Source: Longimicrobiales bacterium (GTDB lineage Bacteria; Gemmatimonadota; Gemmatimonadetes; Longimicrobiales; Gaopeijiaceae). Taken from it: DNA of 64,000 nt. The notes beneath the pieces were generated by a model that was not told the DNA's origin, searched no databases, and saw only the letters and a program-made list of their open reading frames with translations. The DNA lies in assembly GCA_963664435.2 (NCBI GenBank), contig CAXXKM010000001.1, positions 32,001 through 96,000 of the forward strand, given 5' to 3'. Made by a program: the position numbers and the translations under genes. This document shows, piece after piece, positions 18,898 to 28,844 of the stretch (positions are counted from its first letter, which is position 1; every line of letters starts with the position of its first letter).

Positions 18898-20154
18898 ATG
18901 CTGCATCGAACCATCCGGACCCGCATGCTGCCGAGCGCAGGAATGGCCGCCCTGGCGGGCGTTGTGGCCTGCGGACAGGATTCCGGAGAGAGCGCTGTCG
19001 GCGACGGCGAAGCCCAAGTAGCTCTAAATGGCGCCGAGGCCGCCACCGCCGTCCACTCCTCGGCCCGCCACGATTTCCGCGTGGTTACGGTCGCCGACGG
19101 CCTCGACCACCCCTGGTCCCTGGCGTGGCTGCCGAGCGGCGAAATGCTGATCGTCGAACGCCCGGGCCGCCTGCGCATCGTGCGCGACGGCGTGCTCCAG
19201 CCGGAGCCGGTGGCGGGTTTGCCGACCGTCTACCGGGACGAGGGCCAGGGGGGATTCATGGACATTCTCCCCCACCCCGACTTCGCCGGGAACAACTGGC
19301 TCTACCTCAGCTACGGGAAGCCCAACGAGGACGGGTCGGCAGGCACCACGACGGTGGCGAGGGGGCGCTGGGACGAGGGCCGGGTCACCGACGTCGAGGA
19401 GATCTTCGAGTCCAGCGCCTGGCACGACAACAACAACCACTTCTCCGGGCGCATGGCCTTCGGCCTCGACGGATACCTGTACCTGACGGTGGGCGACCGC
19501 ATGTTCGAGCCCGACATGATGGCCGACCACCCGGCGCTGGACGTGACCAATCACATGGGCACCATCGTGCGACTGCACGACGACGGCCGGGTGCCGGACG
19601 ACAACCCCTTCGTGGGGCGTGGCGACGCGCTACCCGAGATCTGGAGCTACGGGCATCGCAATCTGCAGGGCCTCGCGGTGGATCCGGGCACCGGGGACGT
19701 CTGGTCGAACGAGCACGGGCCCCGGGGCGGCGACGAGCTCAACCTGATCGTGAGCGGCGGGGACTACGGCTGGCCGGTGGTCTCCCATGGCATCAACTAC
19801 GACGGCACGGTCTACACGACGGAGACGTCCGGGGACGCGGTGGAGTCTCCGCGCTTCGTGTGGACCCCCTCCATCGGCATCTCCGGCATGATGATCTACC
19901 GTGGGGACGCGTTCCCCTGGTGGAGAGGCAGCGCCTTCGTCGGGGGCATGGTGGGCGAGCAACTCGCGCGCGTCATCCTGGAGGGCACCGACGCGCTCGG
20001 CGTCGAGACCTTGCTGCACGGCGAACTGGGCCGCATCCGGGACGTGCGCGAGGGTCCCGACGGGCTCATCTACCTGGCCCTCGAGCACGCGGAGGAGCTT
20101 ACCGCGGTGGTGCGCCTGGAGCCGGTGGCGAGCGATGTGATGCCTCCGGGGTAA
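18898..20154 (+). CDS. PQQ-dependent sugar (glucose/sorbosone) dehydrogenase, lipoprotein
   Basis: Lipobox VVAC; ERPGRLR, GQGG, SYGHRNLQG, NEHGPRGGDELN, GRIRDV; GGAGG RBS. Confidence 0.9.
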   Translation: MLHRTIRTRMLPSAGMAALAGVVACGQDSGESAVGDGEAQVALNGAEAATAVHSSARHDFRVVTVADGLDHPWSLAWLPSGEMLIVERPGRLRIVRDGVLQPEPVAGLPTVYRDEGQGGFMDILPHPDFAGNNWLYLSYGKPNEDGSAGTTTVARGRWDEGRVTDVEEIFESSAWHDNNNHFSGRMAFGLDGYLYLTVGDRMFEPDMMADHPALDVTNHMGTIVRLHDDGRVPDDNPFVGRGDALPEIWSYGHRNLQGLAVDPGTGDVWSNEHGPRGGDELNLIVSGGDYGWPVVSHGINYDGTVYTTETSGDAVESPRFVWTPSIGISGMMIYRGDAFPWWRGSAFVGGMVGEQLARVILEGTDALGVETLLHGELGRIRDVREGPDGLIYLALEHAEELTAVVRLEPVASDVMPPG

Positions 20155-20228
20155 CGCTTGCCGGTGCCGGAGAGGATGCGGCGCCGGAGGGCATCGTCCT
20201 CCTCCGATGACGCCCGCGATTCATCTCT

Positions 20229-21344
20229 TCATCCCGGAAAACCGCTCGCCGGCATGTTGGGGATGATGCGGAGCGCATTCGCGTAATACACCTTGCGCAG
20301 CACGTCGTCCGGGAGCCCCATGCCGTAGAGTTTCCAGAAGGCGTGGTAGCCCCGGTAGTAGTCGAAGTACTCGTCCTCGGTCTCGAAGACGCGCCAGTAG
20401 TAGGGATACTCGTCGGGCTGGAAGGAATCCTTGCCGAACAGGATGCGGTCCTGGTACCTGACGAAGAAATCGCGCGCGAAGCGGGGCTGCCTCCCGAGGT
20501 CGTAGAGAACCGCGCCGACCTCGCCGTGGACGTTCGGGAAGCGGTCGAAGAGGTCGCCCAGGCGGGCGAGATCCTGGGTGTGCCATCCCATGTGCGCCAG
20601 CACCCAGGTCGTGTTGGGATGCTTCGCCAGCATGCGGTCGCGCTCGGCCATCAGCTCCTCGAACGATGGGAAGCGCGCGCGGTCGAAGAAGCGGCGGTTG
20701 GGGAAGATGGCCAGCTCCAGCCAACGTTCGTTCTCGTAGTCGAGGGGCTGGAAGAACTCGGCGGGATCGGCCGTATGGACGAAGACCGGGATCCCGAGGC
20801 GGGCGGCGGTCTCCCACACGATGTCCAGCTCGGGATCGTCGAGTTGCAGCCGGGTGCCGTCGGCCTTGCGGGTGGTGAGCCCGAACTGCTTGCCGATTTC
20901 GCCGATCCCCACTGCGCCGGCGCGCACATCCTCCTCCAGCTGGGCCGCGATTCGTGCGCCCGAGCCCGGCCCGACGTCCCTCAGGTTCAGGGTGGTGAAG
21001 AAGACGAAGCGATCCGCGTGGCCCGCAGCGCGCACGGCTTCGATCTGCCGCGTGAGGCGGCTGCCCGAACTTCCGCGCGCCTGGACGATGACCTGGAGGT
21101 TGAGCTCGTCCATCGCGGCTACCACCCGCTCGATGGTGGCCGGGTCGTCGAGCGACGGGGGATGCCCGTGGAAGTCCACCGCCGGGAATTTCGCCCGCGG
21201 CACGGGGTTCTCCGGGACCACAAGGGTGGAGCGCGGCTGATACTCGACGATGCTCGGGGGTGGGAGGGTCGGCCGGCGGTCCTGGCAGGCGAGCGACGCC
21301 GGAAGGACGGAAAGGACGGCGGCGATCAGTGGGATTCGGCGCAT
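20229..21344 (-). CDS. Amidohydrolase-family (Amidohydro_2-like) lipoprotein
   Basis: Lipobox SLAC, DFHGH, IPVFVH, AHMG, QDRILFGKD, KVYYANA. Confidence 0.85.
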   Translation of the reverse strand: MRRIPLIAAVLSVLPASLACQDRRPTLPPPSIVEYQPRSTLVVPENPVPRAKFPAVDFHGHPPSLDDPATIERVVAAMDELNLQVIVQARGSSGSRLTRQIEAVRAAGHADRFVFFTTLNLRDVGPGSGARIAAQLEEDVRAGAVGIGEIGKQFGLTTRKADGTRLQLDDPELDIVWETAARLGIPVFVHTADPAEFFQPLDYENERWLELAIFPNRRFFDRARFPSFEELMAERDRMLAKHPNTTWVLAHMGWHTQDLARLGDLFDRFPNVHGEVGAVLYDLGRQPRFARDFFVRYQDRILFGKDSFQPDEYPYYWRVFETEDEYFDYYRGYHAFWKLYGMGLPDDVLRKVYYANALRIIPNMPASGFPG

Positions 21345-21692
21345 CGTGGGCGCTCCGGGGTTCGAGGGCTCATTCCCCGGGGGGCGCAGGAGCGAGCCCG
21401 GACACGGCGCACCGGCCGCCGGCCACGGCATCTCGCTGGCCCGGGGAGAGGGTCTACTAAACTCGGGGAGTTGGCGGCGCCAGCCAATGCCCGCCATCGG
21501 CTCGAACAGTGGCAGACAACAAGGACCGCAGGAATCGCGTCCTTGATTGTCGGAGGGGGAAGGAGAATGATGTAGCTCCGCGTCTTGCGAATTGTGCAAG
21601 CGACGTCTGCAAGCGGTTGAGCGCGTCGGTCGGGCGAAGGGCCGGACCGGTCCCGCCACCGGCGGCCGGCCGCATCCATGGGGAGGCCGGTC

Positions 21693-22745
21693 ATGTCCTG
21701 CGATTTGCTCCATCGACTTGGCTGGGTGCCGGTCGCGCTGGTCTCACTCGGCTGGTTCGCGTCGGCCGGGGCGCAGGAACACACGATCATCGCGCTCAGC
21801 CACACCGACTTTACGGCCTATGAGCTCGACCCCGCGACGGGCCGGATCGTCAACCGCTTCACCGCCGAGAACCAACCCCATGAAGCGGTGGTTTCGCCCG
21901 ACGGCGGCACGATCTTCGTGACGGTCCCGCGGGACCCGCCGTACGTCACGATCCTGGACGCGGCCGGTTTCGAGGAGATCGGGAGAATCGAGTCGGAGCA
22001 TTTTCACCGTCCCCCGGAGGAAGGAGAGCCCGGCACCGAGCCGAACACGTCCGCGCTCCCGCATGGCATCGCCCTGAACCGTGACGGCAACAAGCTCTAC
22101 ATCGGCGTCGAGGGGGGCGAGGTGCCGGGGATGGTTGTGTATGACGTCGGACGCGGCGCAGTGAGCAGGAAGATCGACCTCCTCCTCGAGGGGGGACACT
22201 ACCTGGCGCTCGACCTGGGCACCGACAAGCTGTACTACCCGCACCGCGACGACGACCGGGTCGTGGTGATCGACACCCGCACGGACGAGATCGTGAAGAT
22301 CATCGAGGTGCCGGGGGGCCCGGTGGGCGTGGCCTTCACGCCCGGCGGCGAGGCGTGGGTGCATTCCGACTACGACGGCACCGTCACGGCGATCGACACC
22401 TCGACGGACGAGGTGGTCGCGAGGTTGGACACCGGCGGCCAGGGCGCCGGCCGGATCGCGGTATCGCCCGACGGCAGGTTCGCGGCTTCCACGCGGAACG
22501 AGACCGGCAACGTGGTGCTGATCGACATCGAGAAACGCGAGGTTGCCGGGCAGGTTGCGCTCGGCCCCGGGCCCGGATTCCCGCTCTTCGCGCCCGACAG
22601 CCGCACGCTCTACGTGATGGTCCGCGGGGAGGGCGAGGTTGCGGTGATCGAGCTGGACGGGGACGGCGCCGGCCATCTCGCCGCACGGCATCCCGCGGGA
22701 GAGACCCCCTTCGGCGGGACGCTGCGTTACCTGGGCGGGCGCTAG
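21693..22745 (+). CDS. Secreted YVTN/YncE-family beta-propeller protein
   Basis: Signal peptide (AGA-Q); repeated PHxxxxSPDG, VVVIDT and TVTAIDT blades. Confidence 0.8.
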   Translation: MSCDLLHRLGWVPVALVSLGWFASAGAQEHTIIALSHTDFTAYELDPATGRIVNRFTAENQPHEAVVSPDGGTIFVTVPRDPPYVTILDAAGFEEIGRIESEHFHRPPEEGEPGTEPNTSALPHGIALNRDGNKLYIGVEGGEVPGMVVYDVGRGAVSRKIDLLLEGGHYLALDLGTDKLYYPHRDDDRVVVIDTRTDEIVKIIEVPGGPVGVAFTPGGEAWVHSDYDGTVTAIDTSTDEVVARLDTGGQGAGRIAVSPDGRFAASTRNETGNVVLIDIEKREVAGQVALGPGPGFPLFAPDSRTLYVMVRGEGEVAVIELDGDGAGHLAARHPAGETPFGGTLRYLGGR

Positions 22746-22934
22746 CCGGGAACCCACCGCGGCGGGCGGGCCATCGTCCGGGGCGCGCCGAGTCGGCGGA
22801 GTTGGCCCGGTGCGGGAGACCCGTGCCATGTTGCGGGTGACCCGGCGTCGCCATGTTGGGGGTCACCTCGCTTCCCGGGCTTCCCGGACGCCGGGAACGG
22901 CCGGTCCAGGTCCACCGCAGCGCAGGAGATCGTC

Positions 22935-24017
22935 ATGATCAGATCGTCGTTGGCACGGAGCGCGTTCGCCTCGTTGTTGTCTCCCCTGCTGCTCGCGGTT
23001 GCGTCGTCCGGCTCGGCCCAGGAGCCGGTGACCTGGGGTGCGGACCTGGTGTTCAACACCTTCTCGATCGTCGGCATCGACCCGGAGACCGGCGAGTCCG
23101 GGGTGGCGGTGACCACGCGCGTGGCGTGCGTCGGCAACGCGGTGCCGTGGGTGCGGCCGGGGGTAGGCGCCGTGGCGACCCAGGGTGGCACCCGGCTCGA
23201 GTACGGCCATGACCTCCTCGATCTGCTGGAGCAGGGCGTGGCGCCGCGGGAGGCGATGGATCGCGTGGTGGCGGCGGATGAAGGCCGGGAGCGCAGGCAG
23301 GTCGGCGTGATCGACATGCAGGGCCGGTCGGCCCAGTGGACCGGATCCGGCCAGTACGGGGCCGAGGACCGGGGCGACTGGGTCTTTGAACGCACGGGCC
23401 TCAACTACGCCGTGCAGGGCAACTCGCTGGTGAGCACGGCCGTGGTGGACTCGGTCGCGGTCGCGTTCGAGAGGACGGAGGGGTCGGGACGCCATCTCGC
23501 GGACCGGCTGATCGAGGCCCTGTACGCCGGCCAGGTGCTGGGCGGGGACGGGCGCCACGGCCGCACGCAGTCGGCCGCGGTGCTGGTCGCGGATCCCCGG
23601 CCGGGCATGTCGCGCCGTCAGGACGGGGTCACAACCGACATCAACGTGTGCGAGCATCCGGAACCGATAAGGGAGGTGCGGCGCATCTACGACACCATCT
23701 CCGAGACACTCGGTTTCCGTAACCTCCAGCACTTCTCGGGGCGCGACATCCTCCAGCTCAAGGTGATGCTGCACGCGCTGGGGTACTACAGGCCGGAATC
23801 GTCGCCTCCCTCCATGGAGACGACGGACGCGCTCCTCTACGACCGCGAGACGGTGGAGGCCGTGGACGCCTTCCGCGCGGCTCAGGCCTGGCAGACCTCC
23901 GTGCCCGGCTGGGTGGACGCGAACACCATCGCTCGGCTGTGGGCCCGGCTGGAGGAGGCCGGCGTCGCCGGAGAGGTGCGCCAGCGGATGCGGGAGATGG
24001 TGCGGGTCAGGCGGTAG
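22935..24017 (+). CDS. DUF1028 (Ntn-hydrolase-like) protein with C-terminal peptidoglycan-binding-like domain
   Basis: TFSIVGIDPETGESGVAV, GAVATQ, RQVGVID, VQGN, QSAA; C-terminal LKVMLHALGYY...AVDAFR. Confidence 0.82.
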   Translation: MIRSSLARSAFASLLSPLLLAVASSGSAQEPVTWGADLVFNTFSIVGIDPETGESGVAVTTRVACVGNAVPWVRPGVGAVATQGGTRLEYGHDLLDLLEQGVAPREAMDRVVAADEGRERRQVGVIDMQGRSAQWTGSGQYGAEDRGDWVFERTGLNYAVQGNSLVSTAVVDSVAVAFERTEGSGRHLADRLIEALYAGQVLGGDGRHGRTQSAAVLVADPRPGMSRRQDGVTTDINVCEHPEPIREVRRIYDTISETLGFRNLQHFSGRDILQLKVMLHALGYYRPESSPPSMETTDALLYDRETVEAVDAFRAAQAWQTSVPGWVDANTIARLWARLEEAGVAGEVRQRMREMVRVRR

Positions 24018-24139
24018 GAGCAGGCCCGGGGCGAAGCCGTCCAGCCTTGGGGCCGGGCATCGACAACCCGACACGCCGGCTCTTCACGCGGAGAACGTCG
24101 GGCTGCGCCGGTGAGGAGCGCGGGGACGCGGCAGTCCGG

Positions 24140-25804
24140 TCAGCGCTGCTCGCGGCGCAGCACCTCGCCCGGCCGCGCTCCCGTCACCGCCCCACCCTCG
24201 TAGACCACCGTTCCCCCGACCCACACGCGCTCGATCCCGGAGGACGTGAGGTGGGGTTCCGCAGTCGTCGCCCGGTCGATGACGGTCGCCGGGTCGAACA
24301 GCACCAGGTCGGCCGCCGCGCCCGCTTCCAGGGTGCCCCGGCCGGAGAACCCCATATGGGCCGCGGCCAGTCCGGTCATCTTGTGAACGGCCTCCTCGAG
24401 GGTGAGGCGCCTTTCCTCGCGCACATAGCGCCCCAGCACCCTCGGATAGGTGCCGAAGCCGCGCGGATGGGCGCCGCGCAGTCCGCCGTCGGAGGCGACG
24501 TTCGCGTGCGGCCAGGCCATCAGCGCGGCGATGTCGTCGACGGTCATGCTGGTCGCCACGATGCTTTCGCCCCCGTCCCTGCCCTCCGCGCGCGCGGCCT
24601 GCGACTCGGCAATCAGATCGAGGTAGGTAGTCACGGGATCCGCGCCGCGCTCCTCGGCGATCCGGGCCAGCGTCCTGCCTTCCAGTTCGGGGTCGGCCCC
24701 GAAGCGCCCGATCAGCATTCCTTCCGGAGCAACCAGCTCCTCCAGGGCGAAACGCGCGGCTTCCCGATCGGTGAAATCGCGCTGCGGGAAGAGGACGGTC
24801 ATGGTGGACTGCCAGTACTCGTAGGGGTAGACGTCCGCCGTGATTTCGAGGCCCCTGGCGCGCGCCGCATCGAGCCGCGCGAGGATCTCCGCCGCCTGCC
24901 CCCAGAGACCGCGGGCGGCCAGCTTGAAGTGCGAGATCTGGACGGGAAGGCGGGCGCGCTCGGCGATCCGGATGGTCTCCTCGACGGCTTCCCGCAAGCC
25001 GCGGTCCTCGCTCCGCATGTGCGAAATGTAGCGCCCGCCTCTCGCCGCCGCGGTCCCGGCGAGCGCAACCACCTCTTCGGTCGTGGAATAGATCCCGGGG
25101 TCGTACTCGAGTCCGGTCGAGAGCCCCAGCACGCCGCTCGCGAGTTCGGTGTCGAGCAGCGCCTGCATGGACGCGATCTCGTCGGGGGTCGCCTCGCGAC
25201 GGAAGTCGTCGCCCATGACCTGCCGGCGTAGTGTTCCGTGTCCGGCGTAGGAGGCCACGTTCACGGCTGCCGGGGCCGCCTCCAGTGCGGCGAAGAAGTC
25301 GGCGATCGGGAACGGCGATCCCCCGTCCTGCCCGACGACGATGGTCGTGATCCCCTGACTCACGGCGGCCAGCGCGGTGGGCTCGTCGAGGAGGCCTCCG
25401 TCGTGGTGGCTGTGTGTGTCGACGAACCCCGGCGCCAGCACCAGCCCCGAGGCGTCGTAGGCGCGTTCGCCGTCGCGGGGCGCGATGCCCGCCCCATCCA
25501 CCCCCTCGGCCACCACCTCGGCGATCGTCCCGCCGACGGCCCGCACGGATCCGGTGAATCCGGCGCGGCCGGTGCCGTCGACGATGGTGGCGCCGTGGAT
25601 CACGAAGGCGTCCTCGGCGTCCGGGACGGGCGCCCGATCATCGCCGCCGCAGGCGGTCAGCAGGAGAGCCAGGGCGGGAAGGATGCGCCTCGGCGGTCGG
25701 GAAACGCACAGCCGGAGCGCGCGGTTCGGGGACAGGGAGCGACCATGGGTCGGGGTGGGTAACCGGCGGTCCGCGCGGCCATCATCCTTTTCCTGGCGAA
25801 TCAT
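24140..25804 (-). CDS. N-acyl-D-amino-acid deacylase (D-aminoacylase), lipoprotein; start uncertain
   Basis: APGFVDTHSH, QGITT, GLSTGLEY, SHMR, SHFK, HPRGFGTYPRVL; lipobox LLTAC. Confidence 0.88.
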   Translation of the reverse strand: MIRQEKDDGRADRRLPTPTHGRSLSPNRALRLCVSRPPRRILPALALLLTACGGDDRAPVPDAEDAFVIHGATIVDGTGRAGFTGSVRAVGGTIAEVVAEGVDGAGIAPRDGERAYDASGLVLAPGFVDTHSHHDGGLLDEPTALAAVSQGITTIVVGQDGGSPFPIADFFAALEAAPAAVNVASYAGHGTLRRQVMGDDFRREATPDEIASMQALLDTELASGVLGLSTGLEYDPGIYSTTEEVVALAGTAAARGGRYISHMRSEDRGLREAVEETIRIAERARLPVQISHFKLAARGLWGQAAEILARLDAARARGLEITADVYPYEYWQSTMTVLFPQRDFTDREAARFALEELVAPEGMLIGRFGADPELEGRTLARIAEERGADPVTTYLDLIAESQAARAEGRDGGESIVATSMTVDDIAALMAWPHANVASDGGLRGAHPRGFGTYPRVLGRYVREERRLTLEEAVHKMTGLAAAHMGFSGRGTLEAGAAADLVLFDPATVIDRATTAEPHLTSSGIERVWVGGTVVYEGGAVTGARPGEVLRREQR

Positions 25805-26039
25805 CGAGCGTCCATCCCCCCTTCTTTCCGCGTCGGCACCCGCACGTCCGCGTCCGCCAGCGGTTTCGGGCCGCTGGATCCCGCCCCCCGAATCGCCTCC
25901 TGACCGCGGCGTCAAACATACCATCGAGGCGGCGAGCCGGATACGTGGAGCTGCCGTGGGTTCGGCGGGGTTATATTGGAAGTTTGGCGAGAAACCGGAA
26001 GTGCGAAACCGGAAGCGCGGCGATGCCGAGTGGGCGAAA

Positions 26040-27230
26040 ATGAACGAATCCTGGGAGAGGGGCGCGGGTTCAGGCGTCCTCGACTTTCTGCATGCCCGCC
26101 GTGACCGGATGCGCGATTTGCTGGAGCGGCTGGTCGAACTCGAGTCGCCCTCCATGATTGCCGCCTCCCAGAGCCCCGTGCAGGCACTTCTGCGCGAGGC
26201 GATGCGCGACATCGGGTACCGATCCCGGGTCCTCGCGGGGCGTACGACCGGGGGGACCCTGTATGCCTCTCCACGCGAGCGCCGACATCCGGCCCGCTAC
26301 CAGCTCATCCTCGGGCACACGGACACCATCTGGCCGGTGGGCACCCTCGAGGAGATGCCCATGCGGATGGACCGGGGGCGCCTGTATGGACCCGGCACCT
26401 TCGACATGAAGGCGGGCCTGGTTCAGGGCGTCTTCGCCGTGGAGGCCCTCATGCACTGCATCGGGGAACCCGAGGTCACCCCGGTCTTCGTCTACAACTC
26501 CGACGAGGAAATCGGCAGCCCGGATTCGCGGGAGCATATCGTGCGGCTGGCGATGCGCGCGGACCGGGCGCTGGTGCTGGAGCCGTCGCTGGGCCAGGAC
26601 GGAAAGCTGAAGACGACGCGCAAGGGAGGCGGAGATTTCACCGTCCACGTCACGGGCGTGGCGGCACATGCCGGGCTCGAACCCGAGAAGGGCGTGAGTG
26701 CGATTCTTGAGCTCGCGCACGTGACCCGGAAGCTGCACGCCCTCAACGACCCCGTCCGGGGTGTGAACGTCAACGTGGGGACCGTCGAGGGAGGGATTCG
26801 TCCGAACGTGATCGCGCCCGAGGCGAGCGCCGAGGTGGACGTGCGCGTGCCGACCCTCGCCGACGCTCGCCGGGTCGAACGAGCCATTCGCGCCATCGAC
26901 GCCACGGTCCCCGGCGCTTCAGTGGAGATCCGGGGCGAGATGGACCGTCCTCCCATGGAGCAGACCCCGGGCAACCGCCGGCTATGGGAACTGGCGCGGG
27001 AGGCCGGGGCGCAACTGGGGCTGGAGATGGAGGAGGCGGCTTCCGGCGGAGGATCGGACGGCAACACAACGAGCCTGCATACGCCTACGCTCGATGGGCT
27101 GGGCGCGGTGGGAGCGGGGGCGCACGCCAGCCACGAGCACGTGGTGCTGGAGCGCATGCCGGAACGGGCCGCACTGGTCGCGCTGCTGCTCGCGGCGCCG
27201 TCGATGCAGCCCTACGGGGCCGAGGCCTGA
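26040..27230 (+). CDS. M20-family metallopeptidase (carboxypeptidase G2-like)
   Basis: GHTDT, GTFDMKAG, DEEIGS, AHAGLEPEKG, GGGSDGN, GAHASHE. Confidence 0.9.
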   Translation: MNESWERGAGSGVLDFLHARRDRMRDLLERLVELESPSMIAASQSPVQALLREAMRDIGYRSRVLAGRTTGGTLYASPRERRHPARYQLILGHTDTIWPVGTLEEMPMRMDRGRLYGPGTFDMKAGLVQGVFAVEALMHCIGEPEVTPVFVYNSDEEIGSPDSREHIVRLAMRADRALVLEPSLGQDGKLKTTRKGGGDFTVHVTGVAAHAGLEPEKGVSAILELAHVTRKLHALNDPVRGVNVNVGTVEGGIRPNVIAPEASAEVDVRVPTLADARRVERAIRAIDATVPGASVEIRGEMDRPPMEQTPGNRRLWELAREAGAQLGLEMEEAASGGGSDGNTTSLHTPTLDGLGAVGAGAHASHEHVVLERMPERAALVALLLAAPSMQPYGAEA

Positions 27231-27442
27231 GAACCCTCCCCGTCCTCGCCCTGGCGACGGATGCGCAGGTGGCGCAGCGCCAGTCCCGCCAGCAGGGCGG
27301 CCAGCGCGATCCAGATCATCCAGGCGATGTCGAGGAGCATCCCCGTCAGTCCCAGTCCCGCTCCCACGCACAACAGCGCGACGCGCAGGCGCAGATAACG
27401 GTCCTCGCGGGGTCGTGAGCGGCTTGCGAAGATGAACAGCAC
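27212..27442 (-). CDS. Small two-TM hypothetical membrane protein
   Basis: Starts 2 nt after the hydratase stop; two hydrophobic helices flanked by Arg. Confidence 0.6.
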   Translation of the reverse strand: MLFIFASRSRPREDRYLRLRVALLCVGAGLGLTGMLLDIAWMIWIALAALLAGLALRHLRIRRQGEDGEGSQASAP

Positions 27443-27444
27443 CG

Positions 27445-28221
27445 TCAGTCCCGTTGCCTGCGCTCGAGGAACCGCCGCACACCCTCTCGACAGGTGTGGG
27501 TGAGTCGGGCGGCGACGTTGATCTGGGCGGCCCGGGCCATGCCGTCTCTGAAACCAAGATTGTCGAGATCGTACAGCAGCGTCTTGGAAAGGGCGACGGA
27601 GGAGGGAGCACGGCGGGCCAACTCCCTGGCATATGCGGTGACCGACGCCTCGAAGTCGTTCGCCGAGACCACGCGGGTCGCGAGGCCCCAGGCGACGGCG
27701 TCGGCTGCGGAGAAGCGTTCGCCGAGGGTGGCCAGCTCGAAGGCGCGCGCTTCCGAGACCTTGCGACGGAGAACAGTCATCACCAAGGCGGGAACGAAGC
27801 CCAGATGCACCTCGGGGTAGCCCAGTTCCGCATCCTCGCGCACCAGGACCACATCGCAGCCGGTTGCCAGGCCACAGCCACCGCCGAGTGCCCGGCCGTG
27901 AACCGCCGCCACCACCGGCTTCGTCAGCTGTCGCATCTGGACAAAGAGATCGCCCATGCGAAGCGCATCGGCATGGCTCTTCTCGGGCCCCATGCTGGTG
28001 ATCCGCTCCATCTCGGCGAGGTCGGCGCCGGCACAGAAATCGGGTCCGGCTCCCCGCAGGAGCACGACGCGCACGGCGGAGTCATGGCGCGCCTCGGCGA
28101 GTGCGGAATGCAACGCCTCGACCATGCGCGAATCGAGGGCGTTGCGCTTGTGCGGGCGGTTGAGCGTCAGCGTCAACACCCGCTCCTCAACCTGATGGAG
28201 AATTCGCTCCTGCGCGCTCAT
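27445..28221 (-). CDS. Enoyl-CoA hydratase, methylglutaconyl-CoA hydratase (LiuC/AtuE)-like
   Basis: NRPHKRNAL, FCAGADL, ALGGGCGLATGCD, GYPEVHLGFVPA. Confidence 0.85.
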   Translation of the reverse strand: MSAQERILHQVEERVLTLTLNRPHKRNALDSRMVEALHSALAEARHDSAVRVVLLRGAGPDFCAGADLAEMERITSMGPEKSHADALRMGDLFVQMRQLTKPVVAAVHGRALGGGCGLATGCDVVLVREDAELGYPEVHLGFVPALVMTVLRRKVSEARAFELATLGERFSAADAVAWGLATRVVSANDFEASVTAYARELARRAPSSVALSKTLLYDLDNLGFRDGMARAAQINVAARLTHTCREGVRRFLERRQRD

Positions 28222-28622
28222 CGGTTCGCCTCGTCCGGGTTGATCACGTCGTGGTCCAGATGCGGGGGCACTCTCCCCCGTCCGCGCACGTGCATGGCGA
28301 TCTCGTCGGATACCTCCACGTCCATGCGCAGCAGCGCGGTCGAAAACACCTTGCCCTGGGCGTCCATCATCAGCGACACAGTCCCTCCGCCTCCGAGAGC
28401 CCGGGGCAGCACGAAGTTGAGGGCATGCAGGTTGGGCAGCTCGTAGCGGGTCACCTTCCCCTTCACCATGTCGCCGAAGTGGTCCTGTACGCGCCCGGCG
28501 GTCAGCGCCTCGGCGAGCACCGGGTAGTGCTCGGGTTCGCAGGCGATCACGCCGATGTTTACCACGTCACCCTTGTCTCCCGAGCGCGCGTGCGCGAGTT
28601 CGACGAGTTTTACGGCCGCCAT
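28218..28622 (-). CDS. AtuA-related small subunit (AtuA C-terminal domain as a separate gene)
   Basis: LAHARSGDKGD, RYELPNLHALNFVL, ALGGGG..SL..DAQGK; GGAGG RBS. Confidence 0.85.
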   Translation of the reverse strand: MAAVKLVELAHARSGDKGDVVNIGVIACEPEHYPVLAEALTAGRVQDHFGDMVKGKVTRYELPNLHALNFVLPRALGGGGTVSLMMDAQGKVFSTALLRMDVEVSDEIAMHVRGRGRVPPHLDHDVINPDEANR

Positions 28623-28766
28623 GGTTCAACACCTCCGCGGGGTTCCGCGCCCGGCTGTTCCGATGCAGCATGCGAGCGCCCGCAGGAAGATTGCAATCCC
28701 GGGCCCGGAATGGAAACGGCCAGCGGTCGTCCGGAGCCCGGGACGCCAGCTTCATGGGAGGGCCCT

Positions 28767-28844
28767 GATGCCCGCCCGTCGAGCGGCTCCCATGCCTGCC
28801 CGCCGAGCGGTCCCGATGCCTGCCCGCCGAGCGGCGCTCATGCC
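28767..28844. repeat. About 3.25 copies of a 24-bp tandem repeat (core ATGCCYGCCCGYCGAGCGG)
   Basis: Units at 28767, 28791, 28815 and 28839 (partial); overlaps the AtuA stop codon. Confidence 0.88.

Noticed and set aside
21445..21472. GAGGGTCTACTAAACTC as a possible IS terminal repeat
   Set aside because: No partner repeat, target duplication or transposase remnant seen.
22810..22868. Duplicated GCCATGTTG words upstream of the DUF1028 gene
   Set aside because: Only two short degenerate copies; no further support.
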